Assembly (NCBI GenBank): GCA_003281185.1
Contig: QCCS01000003.1
Coordinates: forward strand, 34,343 to 98,342
Origin: Prochlorococcus sp. AG-347-M15
GTDB lineage: Bacteria; Cyanobacteriota; Cyanobacteriia; PCC-6307; Cyanobiaceae
DNA length: 64,000 bases
Direction of reading: 5' to 3'
Positions 1-8,474 of this stretch are shown here, piece by piece. The translations under genes and the position numbers were made by a program. Under the pieces are notes generated by a model, which did not search any database, had not been told where the DNA came from, and worked only from the letters and a program-made list of their open reading frames with translations. Every line of letters starts with the position of its first letter. Position 1 is the first letter of the stretch.

Positions 1-686
1 TTTAATTCTAAGAGTTCTTCATTTGTAAATTCACGATATTTACCTATCGGCACATCTAATTTGATATTCATAATTCTCACACGCTTTAATGACTTTACCT
101 TGTAGCCTAACGATTCACACATTCTCCTTATCTGACGGTTAAGTCCTTGGGTGAGTATGATTTTAAATTTTTTTTGCCCTAATTGCTTTACAAAACAATT
201 CTTTGTAATGGTGTCTAATATTTCAACTCCATTACTCATCCTTTGAATAAAGTCTTTATTAATCGGACGATTAAGATCTACGATATATTCTTTTTCATGA
301 TTATTTCTTGCTCTAAGTATTTTATTAACGATATCTCCATCGTTAGTTAAAAAAATCAATCCTTGACTTAGCTTATCCAATCTTCCAATAGGAAAAATTC
401 TCGTTGGATATTTTATATAATCAATAATATTATCAAGTTCTACTTCTTGATCTGTTGTACAAACAATCCCTATAGGTTTGTTAAAAGCTAAGTATATATT
501 TTTTTGTTTTATTGATTTCTCAATTTTTTGACCTTCAACTTCTACTTGATCACCTTCCTCTACTTTGGAACCTATTTCTGGAATTTTACCATTAATAGTT
601 ACTTTTCCTGCTTGAATTAATTTATCTGCTACTCTTCTTGAACAGTAACCTGCCTCACTTAAATATTTATTTATTCTGGTAGCCAT
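1..686 (-). CDS. rluF: rRNA pseudouridine synthase, RsuA/RluF family (3' end runs off the window)
   Basis: Not in ORF track; manual translation from ATG at 686 gives MATRINKYLSEAGYCSRRVADKLI (S4 domain), then FPIGRLDK catalytic Asp motif and LTQGLNRQIRRMC. Confidence 0.85.
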   Translation of the reverse strand, partial: MATRINKYLSEAGYCSRRVADKLIQAGKVTINGKIPEIGSKVEEGDQVEVEGQKIEKSIKQKNIYLAFNKPIGIVCTTDQEVELDNIIDYIKYPTRIFPIGRLDKLSQGLIFLTNDGDIVNKILRARNNHEKEYIVDLNRPINKDFIQRMSNGVEILDTITKNCFVKQLGQKKFKIILTQGLNRQIRRMCESLGYKVKSLKRVRIMNIKLDVPIGKYREFTNEELLEL

Positions 687-780
687 TTTATCAAAGTTAC
701 CGCATTTATTTTAAATTTTAGTTGGCATAGTGCAAAAAATTATTAAATTAATTAAGCAGTTCTAATATTTTGAGCTTAAT

Positions 781-1419
781 TCAAAACAAACTCATTTGGC
801 CAATAGCTTTTTTATCAACTTGCTCTAATACCCATTCATCAGGTTGCCAAACCTCGATGATTGGTAAAAGACCTTTTAATTCATCAGCATCTTTAATCTG
901 TTCTGTCCATTGTTCTTCATATCCATTAGGAACAACAACAGGCATACGGTAATGTATAGGTTTAACTAGTTCATTTGGTTTGGTTGTTAAAATGCAGCAA
1001 CTCTCCAATTCAATACCATCCTGAGAGATCCACGTGCTCCAGATTCCTCCCAGCCAAAAAGTCTCATAATTCTTTTTTCGAATGCGATATTTTTTTTCAA
1101 AAAAACCACTCGATGGTATCAAGCACCTTTTATTTTTCCAACTTCCACTAAATAATCTTTTTTCTTCTAAGGATTCTAATCTTGCATTAAATGGTCTTGG
1201 AGTTTTTTTATCGAATGGATTTTTAGCCCAAGGAGGAATAAAACCCCATGTCATAAAAGTAGTATTCATTCTCCCTTCGTTTTTAATTACAAGAACAGGA
1301 TCAGTGGGTCTTAATATTATTTGAGTCTCATATTTAGAATCAAGTCTGTTTGGATAGTCTTGTTTCAGAATCTTTGGTAACTTTTCAAACTTAGTATTTA
1401 GCTCAAATTTTCCACACAT
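781..1419 (-). CDS. SOS response-associated peptidase (SRAP/YedK/HMCES family)
   Basis: N-terminal MCG with catalytic Cys2, WGFIP, FNARLE, RCLIP..GFFE, H.RMPV motifs. Confidence 0.9.
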   Translation of the reverse strand: MCGKFELNTKFEKLPKILKQDYPNRLDSKYETQIILRPTDPVLVIKNEGRMNTTFMTWGFIPPWAKNPFDKKTPRPFNARLESLEEKRLFSGSWKNKRCLIPSSGFFEKKYRIRKKNYETFWLGGIWSTWISQDGIELESCCILTTKPNELVKPIHYRMPVVVPNGYEEQWTEQIKDADELKGLLPIIEVWQPDEWVLEQVDKKAIGQMSLF

Positions 1420-1610
1420 TGATTCTCAAAATCTATTTAGAAATCCCTTAAAAACTAGCGAATTTTTCTTATTTTAGATCTATTTTCAGTTTTCTCAAAT
1501 AAAAATAAATATTTTTTGATTGTAAAAAATTTTTCATACAAATAATTAAAAGAAAATATAGATATTAAAAAGCTTCCTCAAATTTAAATTGAATGTTTCA
1601 CAATTAGTTT

Positions 1611-1754
1611 ATGACAGATCCAATTCTTTATTTATCTATGTTTCTGGGATTTGGGGATTATGTATTAATATCTTCCTTCCATGATGATGACGATGGTGAT
1701 GATGATAGAGAAAAATATATCTATAATCTCGAAAACATTAATTTAGCAAGATAG
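1611..1754 (+). CDS. Small hypothetical protein (47 aa; hydrophobic N-terminus, Asp-rich tract)
   Basis: Manual translation MTDPILYLSMFLGFGDYVLISSFHDDDDGDDDREKYIYNLENINLAR*. Confidence 0.5.
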   Translation: MTDPILYLSMFLGFGDYVLISSFHDDDDGDDDREKYIYNLENINLAR

Positions 1755-2013
1755 TAAATTAGTTCATAAAGCAGCAGCATCGAAATTTAAATGTGCTTTC
1801 TTTAATATAAATTTAATGAAAAAAGTTTTTATATGTATTGTGATGATGGAAATATTATCTTTTTTTATCAAAATTAATTCTCAGCATTATATTAATTTTT
1901 AAATTTAATTGTTGGTCATCTATCCGTATATATTTATGCCTTAAACCGTACATATTTCTTGGTCGGTTGAGGAATGCTTATAGTTAGAACTAAGTTACGT
2001 CCGATGTAAAAAA

Positions 2014-2199
2014 ATGCCTTCAACTCCAATCAAATCTTGTAATAAATATGTGTTGAGTTACAAAGATTCATTCAATAATACACATGAAATTGGCTTCTAT
2101 GCACGCGATGCATATGATTGCTTTATGCTTGCGAAAGAATTTAATTCTTACGTTCATGACAATCCAGGATCTGTGATTAGAATCCAACAAAAATTTTGA
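2014..2199 (+). CDS. Hypothetical protein
   Basis: ORF track, 61 aa, protein-like composition. Confidence 0.65.
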   Translation: MPSTPIKSCNKYVLSYKDSFNNTHEIGFYARDAYDCFMLAKEFNSYVHDNPGSVIRIQQKF

Positions 2200-2210
2200 G
2201 GTAATAAATT

Positions 2211-2375
2211 ATGAATTTAAAAAGATCACCATTCGCAATTCAAGATAAAAATGCAAGAGATCTTGATAATGCAAAAGATTTTTCAACTATTGCAGATTTA
2301 ACGAGAGAACAAAAAGTACCTAAAGATGAGGCAAATACAGTTCACTATAGAAGAGATTTAGACTCTCTCGGTTAA
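2211..2375 (+). CDS. Small hypothetical protein (54 aa)
   Basis: Manual translation MNLKRSPFAIQDKNARDLDNAKDFSTIADLTREQKVPKDEANTVHYRRDLDSLG*; GAGGT RBS-like sequence upstream; 11 nt after the previous stop. Confidence 0.6.
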   Translation: MNLKRSPFAIQDKNARDLDNAKDFSTIADLTREQKVPKDEANTVHYRRDLDSLG

Positions 2376-2668
2376 TCTATAAAAATAGCTATTTACTAAT
2401 TCTTGATATTAACGATCATGATGAATGCCGTTTGGGTTTGATTCATAAGATAATATTTTCTTCCTCAAGTTTTTTAAGCTCGATAGGCACATAATGTAAT
2501 ATCTTTCTTTACAGAGTTAATATCATCTCAATACTTCTCAGGTGCAGCAAAAAGCATTTTTATTTAACTAAATTGACTTTCAAATTCTTGAGAGAAAATT
2601 TCCTCATAAAAAAAATAGGTACCATCCTTTTACTTTAGATCAACTTTCAATTACTTAAAAATTAACTA

Positions 2669-2980
2669 TTAATTGGAGGATGCTGCAATTTCTTTATGGA
2701 CGGAGAGAAATTCTTGATCTGTTAAAACTGGTGTAACTTCAATTTCTACGCCAAAATTGTCGACCCAGATACTGCTCCATTTCCAAATGTTCTGATGGTT
2801 TGAAGATTCAACTATTGCCCAACCATTTGCTCCCTCAGGATTTACTACTCGATTAAGAACTTTAAACCCATCAAATTCATCACCTTCGCATCCTCCTTCA
2901 ACAAAACCCGCAAAAGCTTCGGCCCCTTGCATATGACTTTCTTGATCTGGAAATTGCCAGTGTACGATGTAAGTTTGCAT
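2669..2980 (-). CDS. DUF3303-like protein
   Basis: MQTYIVHWQFPD...IEVTPVLTD pattern typical of marine cyanobacterial DUF3303. Confidence 0.75.
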   Translation of the reverse strand: MQTYIVHWQFPDQESHMQGAEAFAGFVEGGCEGDEFDGFKVLNRVVNPEGANGWAIVESSNHQNIWKWSSIWVDNFGVEIEVTPVLTDQEFLSVHKEIAASSN

Positions 2981-3211
2981 GAATAAAATTATTTTTTTAA
3001 TTATTAATTATCGAATTTAAAAATTAAATAAAAAATCTTTAAATACTAATTTAAAAGGGCTTAAACCTAGGAGGGAAAAATAGCAAAAAAAAAGACTCTT
3101 ACGAGCCTAGGTGATGGGGATTCCTATAATGACAAATTAAACAGCAACTAACAACCCCATCAATGGGTAATTTTAAATACTTACAAACACTATATGTAGT
3201 GCTAAGATTTT

Positions 3212-3275
3212 AAAAAGGCTGGGTGATGGGGATTATCCCGCTTTTTGATTAGGGCGAAGCTAACGCCCTTTTTTT
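3212..3275 (+). ncRNA. Candidate small structured RNA: hairpin with GGTGATGGGGATT, followed by an intrinsic terminator
   Basis: AAAAAGGCTGGGTGAT-GGGG-ATTATCCCGCTTTTT hairpin, then AGGGCG..CGCCCT plus T-run; the 13-mer is repeated at 3110-3122. Confidence 0.4.
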
Positions 3276-3398
3276 ATGAAAAAATTTACTTTAATAAATA
3301 AAGAAAGAACGAGGGTTAAAGTATTAGAAAGAAAAAATATCGATTCCCCTTTTAAATTCTCATAAGCAAAGTTTATTGATAATTGTTATATTTTATAG

Positions 3399-3512
3399 AT
3401 GTTATTTCCTCCTCCTCAAGTTATTTTTGGTCTATTGCTTTTATCTATAGCTGTTGTTCTCATTTGGAATATTAGATACAATCCTTTTGGAGAAGACGAA
3501 GACGGTATTTAA
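3399..3512 (+). CDS. Small membrane protein (37 aa)
   Basis: MLFPPPQVIFGLLLLSIAVVLIWNIRYNPFGEDEDGI*; one TM helix. Confidence 0.5.
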   Translation: MLFPPPQVIFGLLLLSIAVVLIWNIRYNPFGEDEDGI

Positions 3513-3515
3513 TCT

Positions 3516-3632
3516 TCAACTAGGGAGCTGATTCGTAGGTGGTGCATGAAATAGCCTTTTCTTTCTTTTGAGTCTTTTGTAAGCGACTAAAGAGCCTAAT
3601 AGTAGCAATATAGTAGCTATTGAGTTAATCAT
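3516..3632 (-). CDS. Small membrane protein (38 aa)
   Basis: MINSIATILLLLGSLVAYKRLKRKKRLFHAPPTNQLPS*; TM helix followed by a basic patch. Confidence 0.5.
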   Translation of the reverse strand: MINSIATILLLLGSLVAYKRLKRKKRLFHAPPTNQLPS

Positions 3633-3819
3633 ATCAAGCAGTTTTATATATATAAAAACAAATATGTTCTAAATATCAATGATTAAAGTTATTTTTTTCA
3701 ATAAATTACTAATAATTAATGGACTAATTTTTAATATTTAGTTTTGACATTAGGTACACAAAACGACCAAGAGAAAATGCTTTTCTGACCAAAATTAATT
3801 TCTTTGCAATAAGAATAAA

Positions 3820-3924
3820 TCACTTTTTCTTATTTCTCATTTGATATTGTAGAACAGCTTTTAGGTGTTGTAATTCTTTTTCTAAAGTCTCAATTCTTTT
3901 TTCTAGTTCTTCATTAGTTGCCAT
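3820..3924 (-). CDS. Small coiled-coil protein (34 aa)
   Basis: MATNEELEKRIETLEKELQHLKAVLQYQMRNKKK*; heptad pattern. Confidence 0.55.
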   Translation of the reverse strand: MATNEELEKRIETLEKELQHLKAVLQYQMRNKKK

Positions 3925-4069
3925 ATTTTTGGGAGATAAATTCCTTGATATTTATACTATAAAAAAAGTGAATTGTTACCCTTAGCAAACGTCAAATAAG
4001 TATTAGAACCTATTGATGGGCATAATTTCTGTAGTTAAATTATGCAGAGTATAAATTTAAGGGGCATTT

Positions 4070-4213
4070 ATGAGTGGAGATTATGAGACCCTAGAATTAA
4101 ATCAACCTAAAATTACATATTTTCAGAAAAGATCCGAAAATAACACAGAATGGTTAGATGAATTAATCAACCAAATTGAAGATATGAAAAACAATATATC
4201 CAAATCTGCTTAA
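4070..4213 (+). CDS. Small hypothetical protein (47 aa)
   Basis: MSGDYETLELNQPKITYFQKRSENNTEWLDELINQIEDMKNNISKSA*; AAGGGG upstream; TAATG coupling to the next ORF. Confidence 0.6.
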   Translation: MSGDYETLELNQPKITYFQKRSENNTEWLDELINQIEDMKNNISKSA

Positions 4214-4329
4214 TGACAGAAAAAGAGTTAAAGGAATTAGAGAAATTTGCAAAAGAAAATGGATACAATGACGAACTAAAAGATATATATTTAAGGGAAG
4301 TTATTGACAAAAATAAAGAATACGAATGA
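4213..4329 (+). CDS. Small hypothetical protein (38 aa)
   Basis: MTEKELKELEKFAKENGYNDELKDIYLREVIDKNKEYE*; TAATG and ATGA overlaps with both neighbours. Confidence 0.6.
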   Translation: MTEKELKELEKFAKENGYNDELKDIYLREVIDKNKEYE

Positions 4330-4556
4330 GATCTAATTTTCGACCAAACATTCGACTTGCAACAAACATTCTTTTAGTTATTGGTACTTTTGCAATTGCT
4401 TTAAACATTACTCCAATAGCGGAGGTATATAAGGAAAAAAATTTATGTATTAAATATTTAAAACATCAAATAGATCGAGACAAACTTATCAAAAGACTAA
4501 AAATAGTTAAACAAGCAAATCCGTCTAGTATTTGTGACTCCATCCTCAAAAGTTAA
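4326..4556 (+). CDS. Hypothetical membrane-anchored protein
   Basis: ORF track; N-terminal TM segment, two Cys. Confidence 0.7.
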   Translation: MRSNFRPNIRLATNILLVIGTFAIALNITPIAEVYKEKNLCIKYLKHQIDRDKLIKRLKIVKQANPSSICDSILKS

Positions 4557-4558
4557 AA

Positions 4559-4780
4559 ATGCGTATTTTTCTAAGAAATTTTAAATTTTTTATTTTTTTA
4601 TTTTTCTTATCTCTAAATTTCAATAATTATTCTCTTGCACATATGAGGGGTACATTTCTTTCCGAGAAGGAAGCTGAAAAAAGGGCTTTAGAACTTGGTT
4701 GCGAAGGAATACATAAGAATCAAGATAAATGGATGCCATGCAAAAACGAAAAAGAATTACATATCTATTTGAGGAAATAG
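4559..4780 (+). CDS. DUF3721-like secreted protein
   Basis: Signal peptide, then EAEKRALELGCEGIH...WMPC motif. Confidence 0.75.
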   Translation: MRIFLRNFKFFIFLFFLSLNFNNYSLAHMRGTFLSEKEAEKRALELGCEGIHKNQDKWMPCKNEKELHIYLRK

Positions 4781-5041
4781 ATGGAAAAATCAAAACCAAA
4801 TCAAAGAAAAATTCACAGAAAAATAACTGCAATTTCAGCAATCCCTTTACTAATTACTATTGTATCTGGGACTATTTATAGTATTCTTCAACCAATAGGA
4901 GTAGATGCTTTTTGGTTAATAAAATGGCATACTGGTAATTTTGGCATTATTAATTTGCAACCTTTTTACTCGATATTTCTTGGTATAGCTTCAATAATCT
5001 CAATAATATCTGGCATTAAACTATTACAAAAAAAATCTTAG
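4781..5041 (+). CDS. PepSY-associated TM-helix small membrane protein
   Basis: RKIHRKIT..PLLITIVSG..WHTG pattern, two TM helices. Confidence 0.7.
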   Translation: MEKSKPNQRKIHRKITAISAIPLLITIVSGTIYSILQPIGVDAFWLIKWHTGNFGIINLQPFYSIFLGIASIISIISGIKLLQKKS

Positions 5042-5071
5042 ATATATATTTTAAGCCTTGCCAAAATTTAA

Positions 5072-5269
5072 TTAATTAATACTATTTGCGCCCCCACTTA
5101 CTAAGAAAATTATCGCTCCTAGTGCCATTGTTGCTACACCCATATAAGGGTATTTCTTAATTCTTGATTTAGTAATTGGAAGCCATGAAAGGTATCTATC
5201 AGATTTAATTAATTCATTTTTTTGTCTAGGTGGCAATCCTAATTCTTCTCTTCTTTTAGCTTCGCCCAT
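5072..5269 (-). CDS. DUF2839 family protein
   Basis: MGEAKRREELGLPPR N-terminus plus C-terminal TM. Confidence 0.8.
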   Translation of the reverse strand: MGEAKRREELGLPPRQKNELIKSDRYLSWLPITKSRIKKYPYMGVATMALGAIIFLVSGGANSIN

Positions 5270-5374
5270 AATCTTAATTTTGTTTATGTATCAATATTAA
5301 AAATTATGTTCTACACCTGCGAGTTAACTTTATTAAAAAAGAGGTCCTTTGTAGATAAACAAATTATTTAAAAT

Positions 5375-5521
5375 TTATTTAACCTTCTTTAAATATAGAT
5401 TCTTTGTATTTGCCTGATCTGATGTAAATAACAAAATTAAGATGGTTCCAACTAGAAATGAAAAAATCATTGTCAAACCAACAACTTCAACCATTTCACT
5501 AGGCAGATAATTTAGAAACAT
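5375..5521 (-). CDS. Small membrane protein (48 aa)
   Basis: MFLNYLPSEMVEVVGLTMIFSFLVGTILILLFTSDQANTKNLYLKKVK*. Confidence 0.5.
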   Translation of the reverse strand: MFLNYLPSEMVEVVGLTMIFSFLVGTILILLFTSDQANTKNLYLKKVK

Positions 5522-5675
5522 TAATGAATTGATCTCTTATCTTAAAGTTAGCAATTGTATTTTTTATGTAAAGTAAGTATTCCTCCTTAAATTTCGGTAG
5601 GAACTTTCTTAGACTTTTTAATCTTATTTATTTTTATTTGCTGGATAAATCTAATTCTAGTCCATCACAATATTC

Positions 5676-5966
5676 TTACTTAGCTATTCCTATTTTCTTA
5701 AGCAATTTCAGGTAAGGTAAGGCCCAATTACCAAAGGTAAAAGAGATTGTCGTATTTTTTGTAGTTGGTAATAATGTTTTAGAACGTGTAGAGGCTAATT
5801 TAGAAAATATCTTAATAGTCTCTACTTCTAGGTTATCCATATACAATTTTTTTTGAACACCTCGATCTTTCTTTTGGGGCAAATGATTTTCTATAAACCA
5901 CAAAACTTGATCTAAATTCGATTTATTGGGTGCGGTTTTAATTTGTTTATTTTTCTTTTTAAACAT
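5676..5966 (-). CDS. Hypothetical protein
   Basis: ORF track; AGAGGT RBS-like sequence upstream. Confidence 0.6.
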   Translation of the reverse strand: MFKKKNKQIKTAPNKSNLDQVLWFIENHLPQKKDRGVQKKLYMDNLEVETIKIFSKLASTRSKTLLPTTKNTTISFTFGNWALPYLKLLKKIGIAK

Positions 5967-6106
5967 ATTTATTTACCTCTTAATTACTAAATTAAATTTG
6001 CCATTTATATAATTGAAATCAATAGTAAAAGTATCAAAATTATGTTCTTTTTAATAATCAATAATCGAAAAAATAAATTAAATATTACGTTGTTTTTTTA
6101 AAAATA

Positions 6107-6134
6107 AAAAAAAAGAGGGATAAATCCCCCTCTT
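6107..6134 (-). terminator. Intrinsic terminator downstream of the riboswitch-controlled peptide
   Basis: Minus strand AAGAGGGGGA-TTTA-TCCCTCTT followed by a T-run. Confidence 0.65.
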
Positions 6135-6157
6135 AATTGATCAATTTCAAAAAGAAT

Positions 6158-6328
6158 TTAATTTTTTGAGTCTTTCAATTTCATTTCTTTTTGTGTCTTT
6201 CTAATTCTTTCTTCAAAGACGGATCTTCTGTATGGAGTAACTTCTCCACTTTTAGTAGCCAAAAGTTGGGCTTCATGAAGCCTATTGGCTCTTTTAATTT
6301 TTTCTCTTATTTGTAAGAGGTTATTCAT
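6158..6328 (-). CDS. Downstream peptide of glutamine-II riboswitch (56 aa, basic; possibly DUF4278-related)
   Basis: MNNLLQIREKIKRANRLHEAQLLATKSGEVTPYRRSVFEERIRKTQKEMKLKDSKN*; starts 15 nt after the riboswitch and is followed by a terminator. Confidence 0.75.
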   Translation of the reverse strand: MNNLLQIREKIKRANRLHEAQLLATKSGEVTPYRRSVFEERIRKTQKEMKLKDSKN

Positions 6329-6343
6329 GGTCTTTTGCAGTTA

Positions 6344-6403
6344 ATGAGAATCCCGTTCCCTACTCCCATTTCATGCGTCCAGAGATATAAACTTGGATGA
6401 ACG
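6344..6403 (-). ncRNA. Glutamine-II riboswitch (Downstream-peptide RNA motif)
   Basis: Minus strand CGTTCATCCAAGTTTATATCTCTGGACGCATGAAATGGGAGTAGGGAACGGGATTCTCAT matches the motif CGUUCA..CGCAUGAAAUGGGAGUAGGGAACGGGAUUCUCAU. Confidence 0.9.
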
Positions 6404-6517
6404 TTATTGAACAATAACATTTTTAAAAAAATTCTGCGAGAGTTATTTTTACTAAATTTTTCTCAAAAAAATAAATATTGAATAGATAGTATAAATAAAA
6501 TTTTAATATTTCCTAAA

Positions 6518-6793
6518 TTAGGATAAGAAAATTGTTTGCGACCCATCATTATTATCCTGAATCACTATTTTTTTATTAGGGAAAATATCTGATAATATTC
6601 TTTTCAAATTTGAATTATCTGAAGGAATTATATTACTCATATTTTTTGAATTAATTTTCCAATTTTCATCTACAAATAGTTCTTCATCATTACCTTTATT
6701 AGTATCGGCTGATGTCTGATTTAGAATCTTAAGTAACAGTTCGGAATCATAATCTTTAAATTCTGCATGGCCCTCTTTTAAATTTTTAATCAT
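6518..6793 (-). CDS. Hypothetical protein
   Basis: ORF track, 91 aa. Confidence 0.6.
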   Translation of the reverse strand: MIKNLKEGHAEFKDYDSELLLKILNQTSADTNKGNDEELFVDENWKINSKNMSNIIPSDNSNLKRILSDIFPNKKIVIQDNNDGSQTIFLS

Positions 6794-7018
6794 TATTTAG
6801 AAATCTAATGTTTCTAAATCTTGCATAAAAAATTTGAAGAATACAAGGTATTAATTACCTAAAAATTTCTCTTAAAATAAAAAATCCAGATGCAATTAAA
6901 ATAATTTTCTTTAGAAAATTCAATTCCAAAATACCTAAAGAATAATATTTAAAAAGATTAATTAATCATTTACACCATTTATTTACTTGTTAGGTTGCAA
7001 TTAAGGGAATATGAAAAG

Positions 7019-7150
7019 ATGCCAAGAGTAATTAACAAAAAAATTAGACTTTTAAGATGGTTAAACTCAGGCATGATACTACCATTTATCATTATGGCTG
7101 CATCCTCATCAATTATTCTTTATGGTGTTTTATTTATCCTAATAAAATAG
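7019..7150 (+). CDS. Small membrane protein (43 aa)
   Basis: MPRVINKKIRLLRWLNSGMILPFIIMAASSSIILYGVLFILIK*. Confidence 0.45.
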   Translation: MPRVINKKIRLLRWLNSGMILPFIIMAASSSIILYGVLFILIK

Positions 7151-7159
7151 TTTTTTAAT

Positions 7160-7294
7160 TTAAGCAGCTAAGTTTTCCTCAGATTTAGACATAATTATTG
7201 CAGCTTTTTTTAATAAACTAACTACTTCTTTTCTTCCAACTGCATTATCAGCTTGATGCATTATTTCATAATATTTTTTATTTATTTTTTTCAT
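7160..7294 (-). CDS. Small protein (44 aa), paralog of 14720..14857
   Basis: MKKINKKYYEIMHQADNAVGRKEVVSLLKKAAIIMSKSEENLAA*; shares KKY-x5-QAxN-x2-GRKE-x2-SLxKxA. Confidence 0.7.
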   Translation of the reverse strand: MKKINKKYYEIMHQADNAVGRKEVVSLLKKAAIIMSKSEENLAA

Positions 7295-7474
7295 AAATAG
7301 TTTTAATTTAATCTAAAATTACAACACCATATAATGATGTCAACTGTATATAATTCTCATATATTATTTCTTTGATTATTTTTGCACAATAAAAATTGCT
7401 CATTATTATCCTTCAAGTTTTTTTAATTGATGATGCCAAAAATTCATAAATATCAAAATTAATAATCCTTTTAA

Positions 7475-7690
7475 TTAAGCTATATTGAAGGATTTGAAAA
7501 CATATAATAAACCTCCGATTAGGATCAATATTGCAGCTCCATAAAAAAGAAAAGGAATAATTGGATATTTATACAATGTAGACCTTACTTTTTGTTGTAT
7601 GGCTTTTTTATCAAGTTGAGGCAACTTTATGTCTTCAGTTTTTTCTCTAGGTGGAATACCTAAATTTTTTCTTCTCTTTGCCTCTCCCAT
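7475..7690 (-). CDS. DUF2839 family protein
   Basis: Likely start MGEAKRRKNLGIPPR at 7690; C-terminal TM. Confidence 0.8.
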   Translation of the reverse strand: MGEAKRRKNLGIPPREKTEDIKLPQLDKKAIQQKVRSTLYKYPIIPFLFYGAAILILIGGLLYVFKSFNIA

Positions 7691-7692
7691 AA

Positions 7693-7923
7693 TTAATAAT
7701 GTGGTATTCCCATACATTTTAAATAATTGTTATCAGCTAAATCTAAAATTTGATTCCATTCTTCATGAGATGTTTCCAAATTATTTTTAAAATCTTTTTC
7801 AAATTTAAGAACACATCTTTTTTCTATATTTTCTGGAGAATTATAATTTCTTAAAAAAGAAACACTCAAATACGATAATGATGAAAAAACTATAATTATT
7901 TTAGCAATCCTAAAATTATTCAT
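7693..7923 (-). CDS. Hypothetical membrane-anchored protein
   Basis: ORF track; N-terminal TM, two Cys. Confidence 0.65.
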   Translation of the reverse strand: MNNFRIAKIIIVFSSLSYLSVSFLRNYNSPENIEKRCVLKFEKDFKNNLETSHEEWNQILDLADNNYLKCMGIPHY

Positions 7924-8004
7924 ACCTTAAATGATATTGCCCTATAAAAAATAAGGTACTTTTTGGTTTTATAATTAATTTAATCTATTAAAAACAATTA
8001 TCAA

Positions 8005-8202
8005 ATGATAAATTCGGTGAATTTTAACCATTTGCCCATTAAGGACTTGGTTATTGCAGGGTTAATAATCTTTATAATGTCGACTATTATTGCCAATATT
8101 TATGACCCGTTATTGGGAATAACTTATGCATTTGGGAATATACTTACTCTTACCTTTTTGAGCTGGTTATACAAAGAGACTTGGAGTGATCCAAGGAAAT
8201 AA
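8005..8202 (+). CDS. Hypothetical membrane protein (2 TM)
   Basis: ORF track; two hydrophobic segments. Confidence 0.6.
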   Translation: MINSVNFNHLPIKDLVIAGLIIFIMSTIIANIYDPLLGITYAFGNILTLTFLSWLYKETWSDPRK

Positions 8203-8232
8203 ATCTAATTAAGACTAAAGATAAATAAACAA

Positions 8233-8346
8233 CTACTTCTGTGTTTTTAATTTTGAAGAATACTTTAAATTAACAATGTAAGTTGCCACAAGAGAAAGTA
8301 TCAAAAAAAATAATAAGCTTTCTAGGGTAGATTGGGGCATAACCAT
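8233..8346 (-). CDS. Small membrane protein (37 aa)
   Basis: MVMPQSTLESLLFFLILSLVATYIVNLKYSSKLKTQK*. Confidence 0.4.
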   Translation of the reverse strand: MVMPQSTLESLLFFLILSLVATYIVNLKYSSKLKTQK

Positions 8347-8474
8347 GAGTAGTACTAAAAATGATATATCTTTAAAGAAACGAATTCTAAAAAAAATGCA
8401 ACCCTTTTATTATTTTTTATTCTCAAATTTATAAATTTAATTGTCTTATAAAAACTCTGAGATTTGAATTGATT

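Noticed and set aside
1681-1706. GAT trinucleotide repeat as a microsatellite
   Set aside because: Explained by the poly-Asp tract of the small ORF 1611..1754
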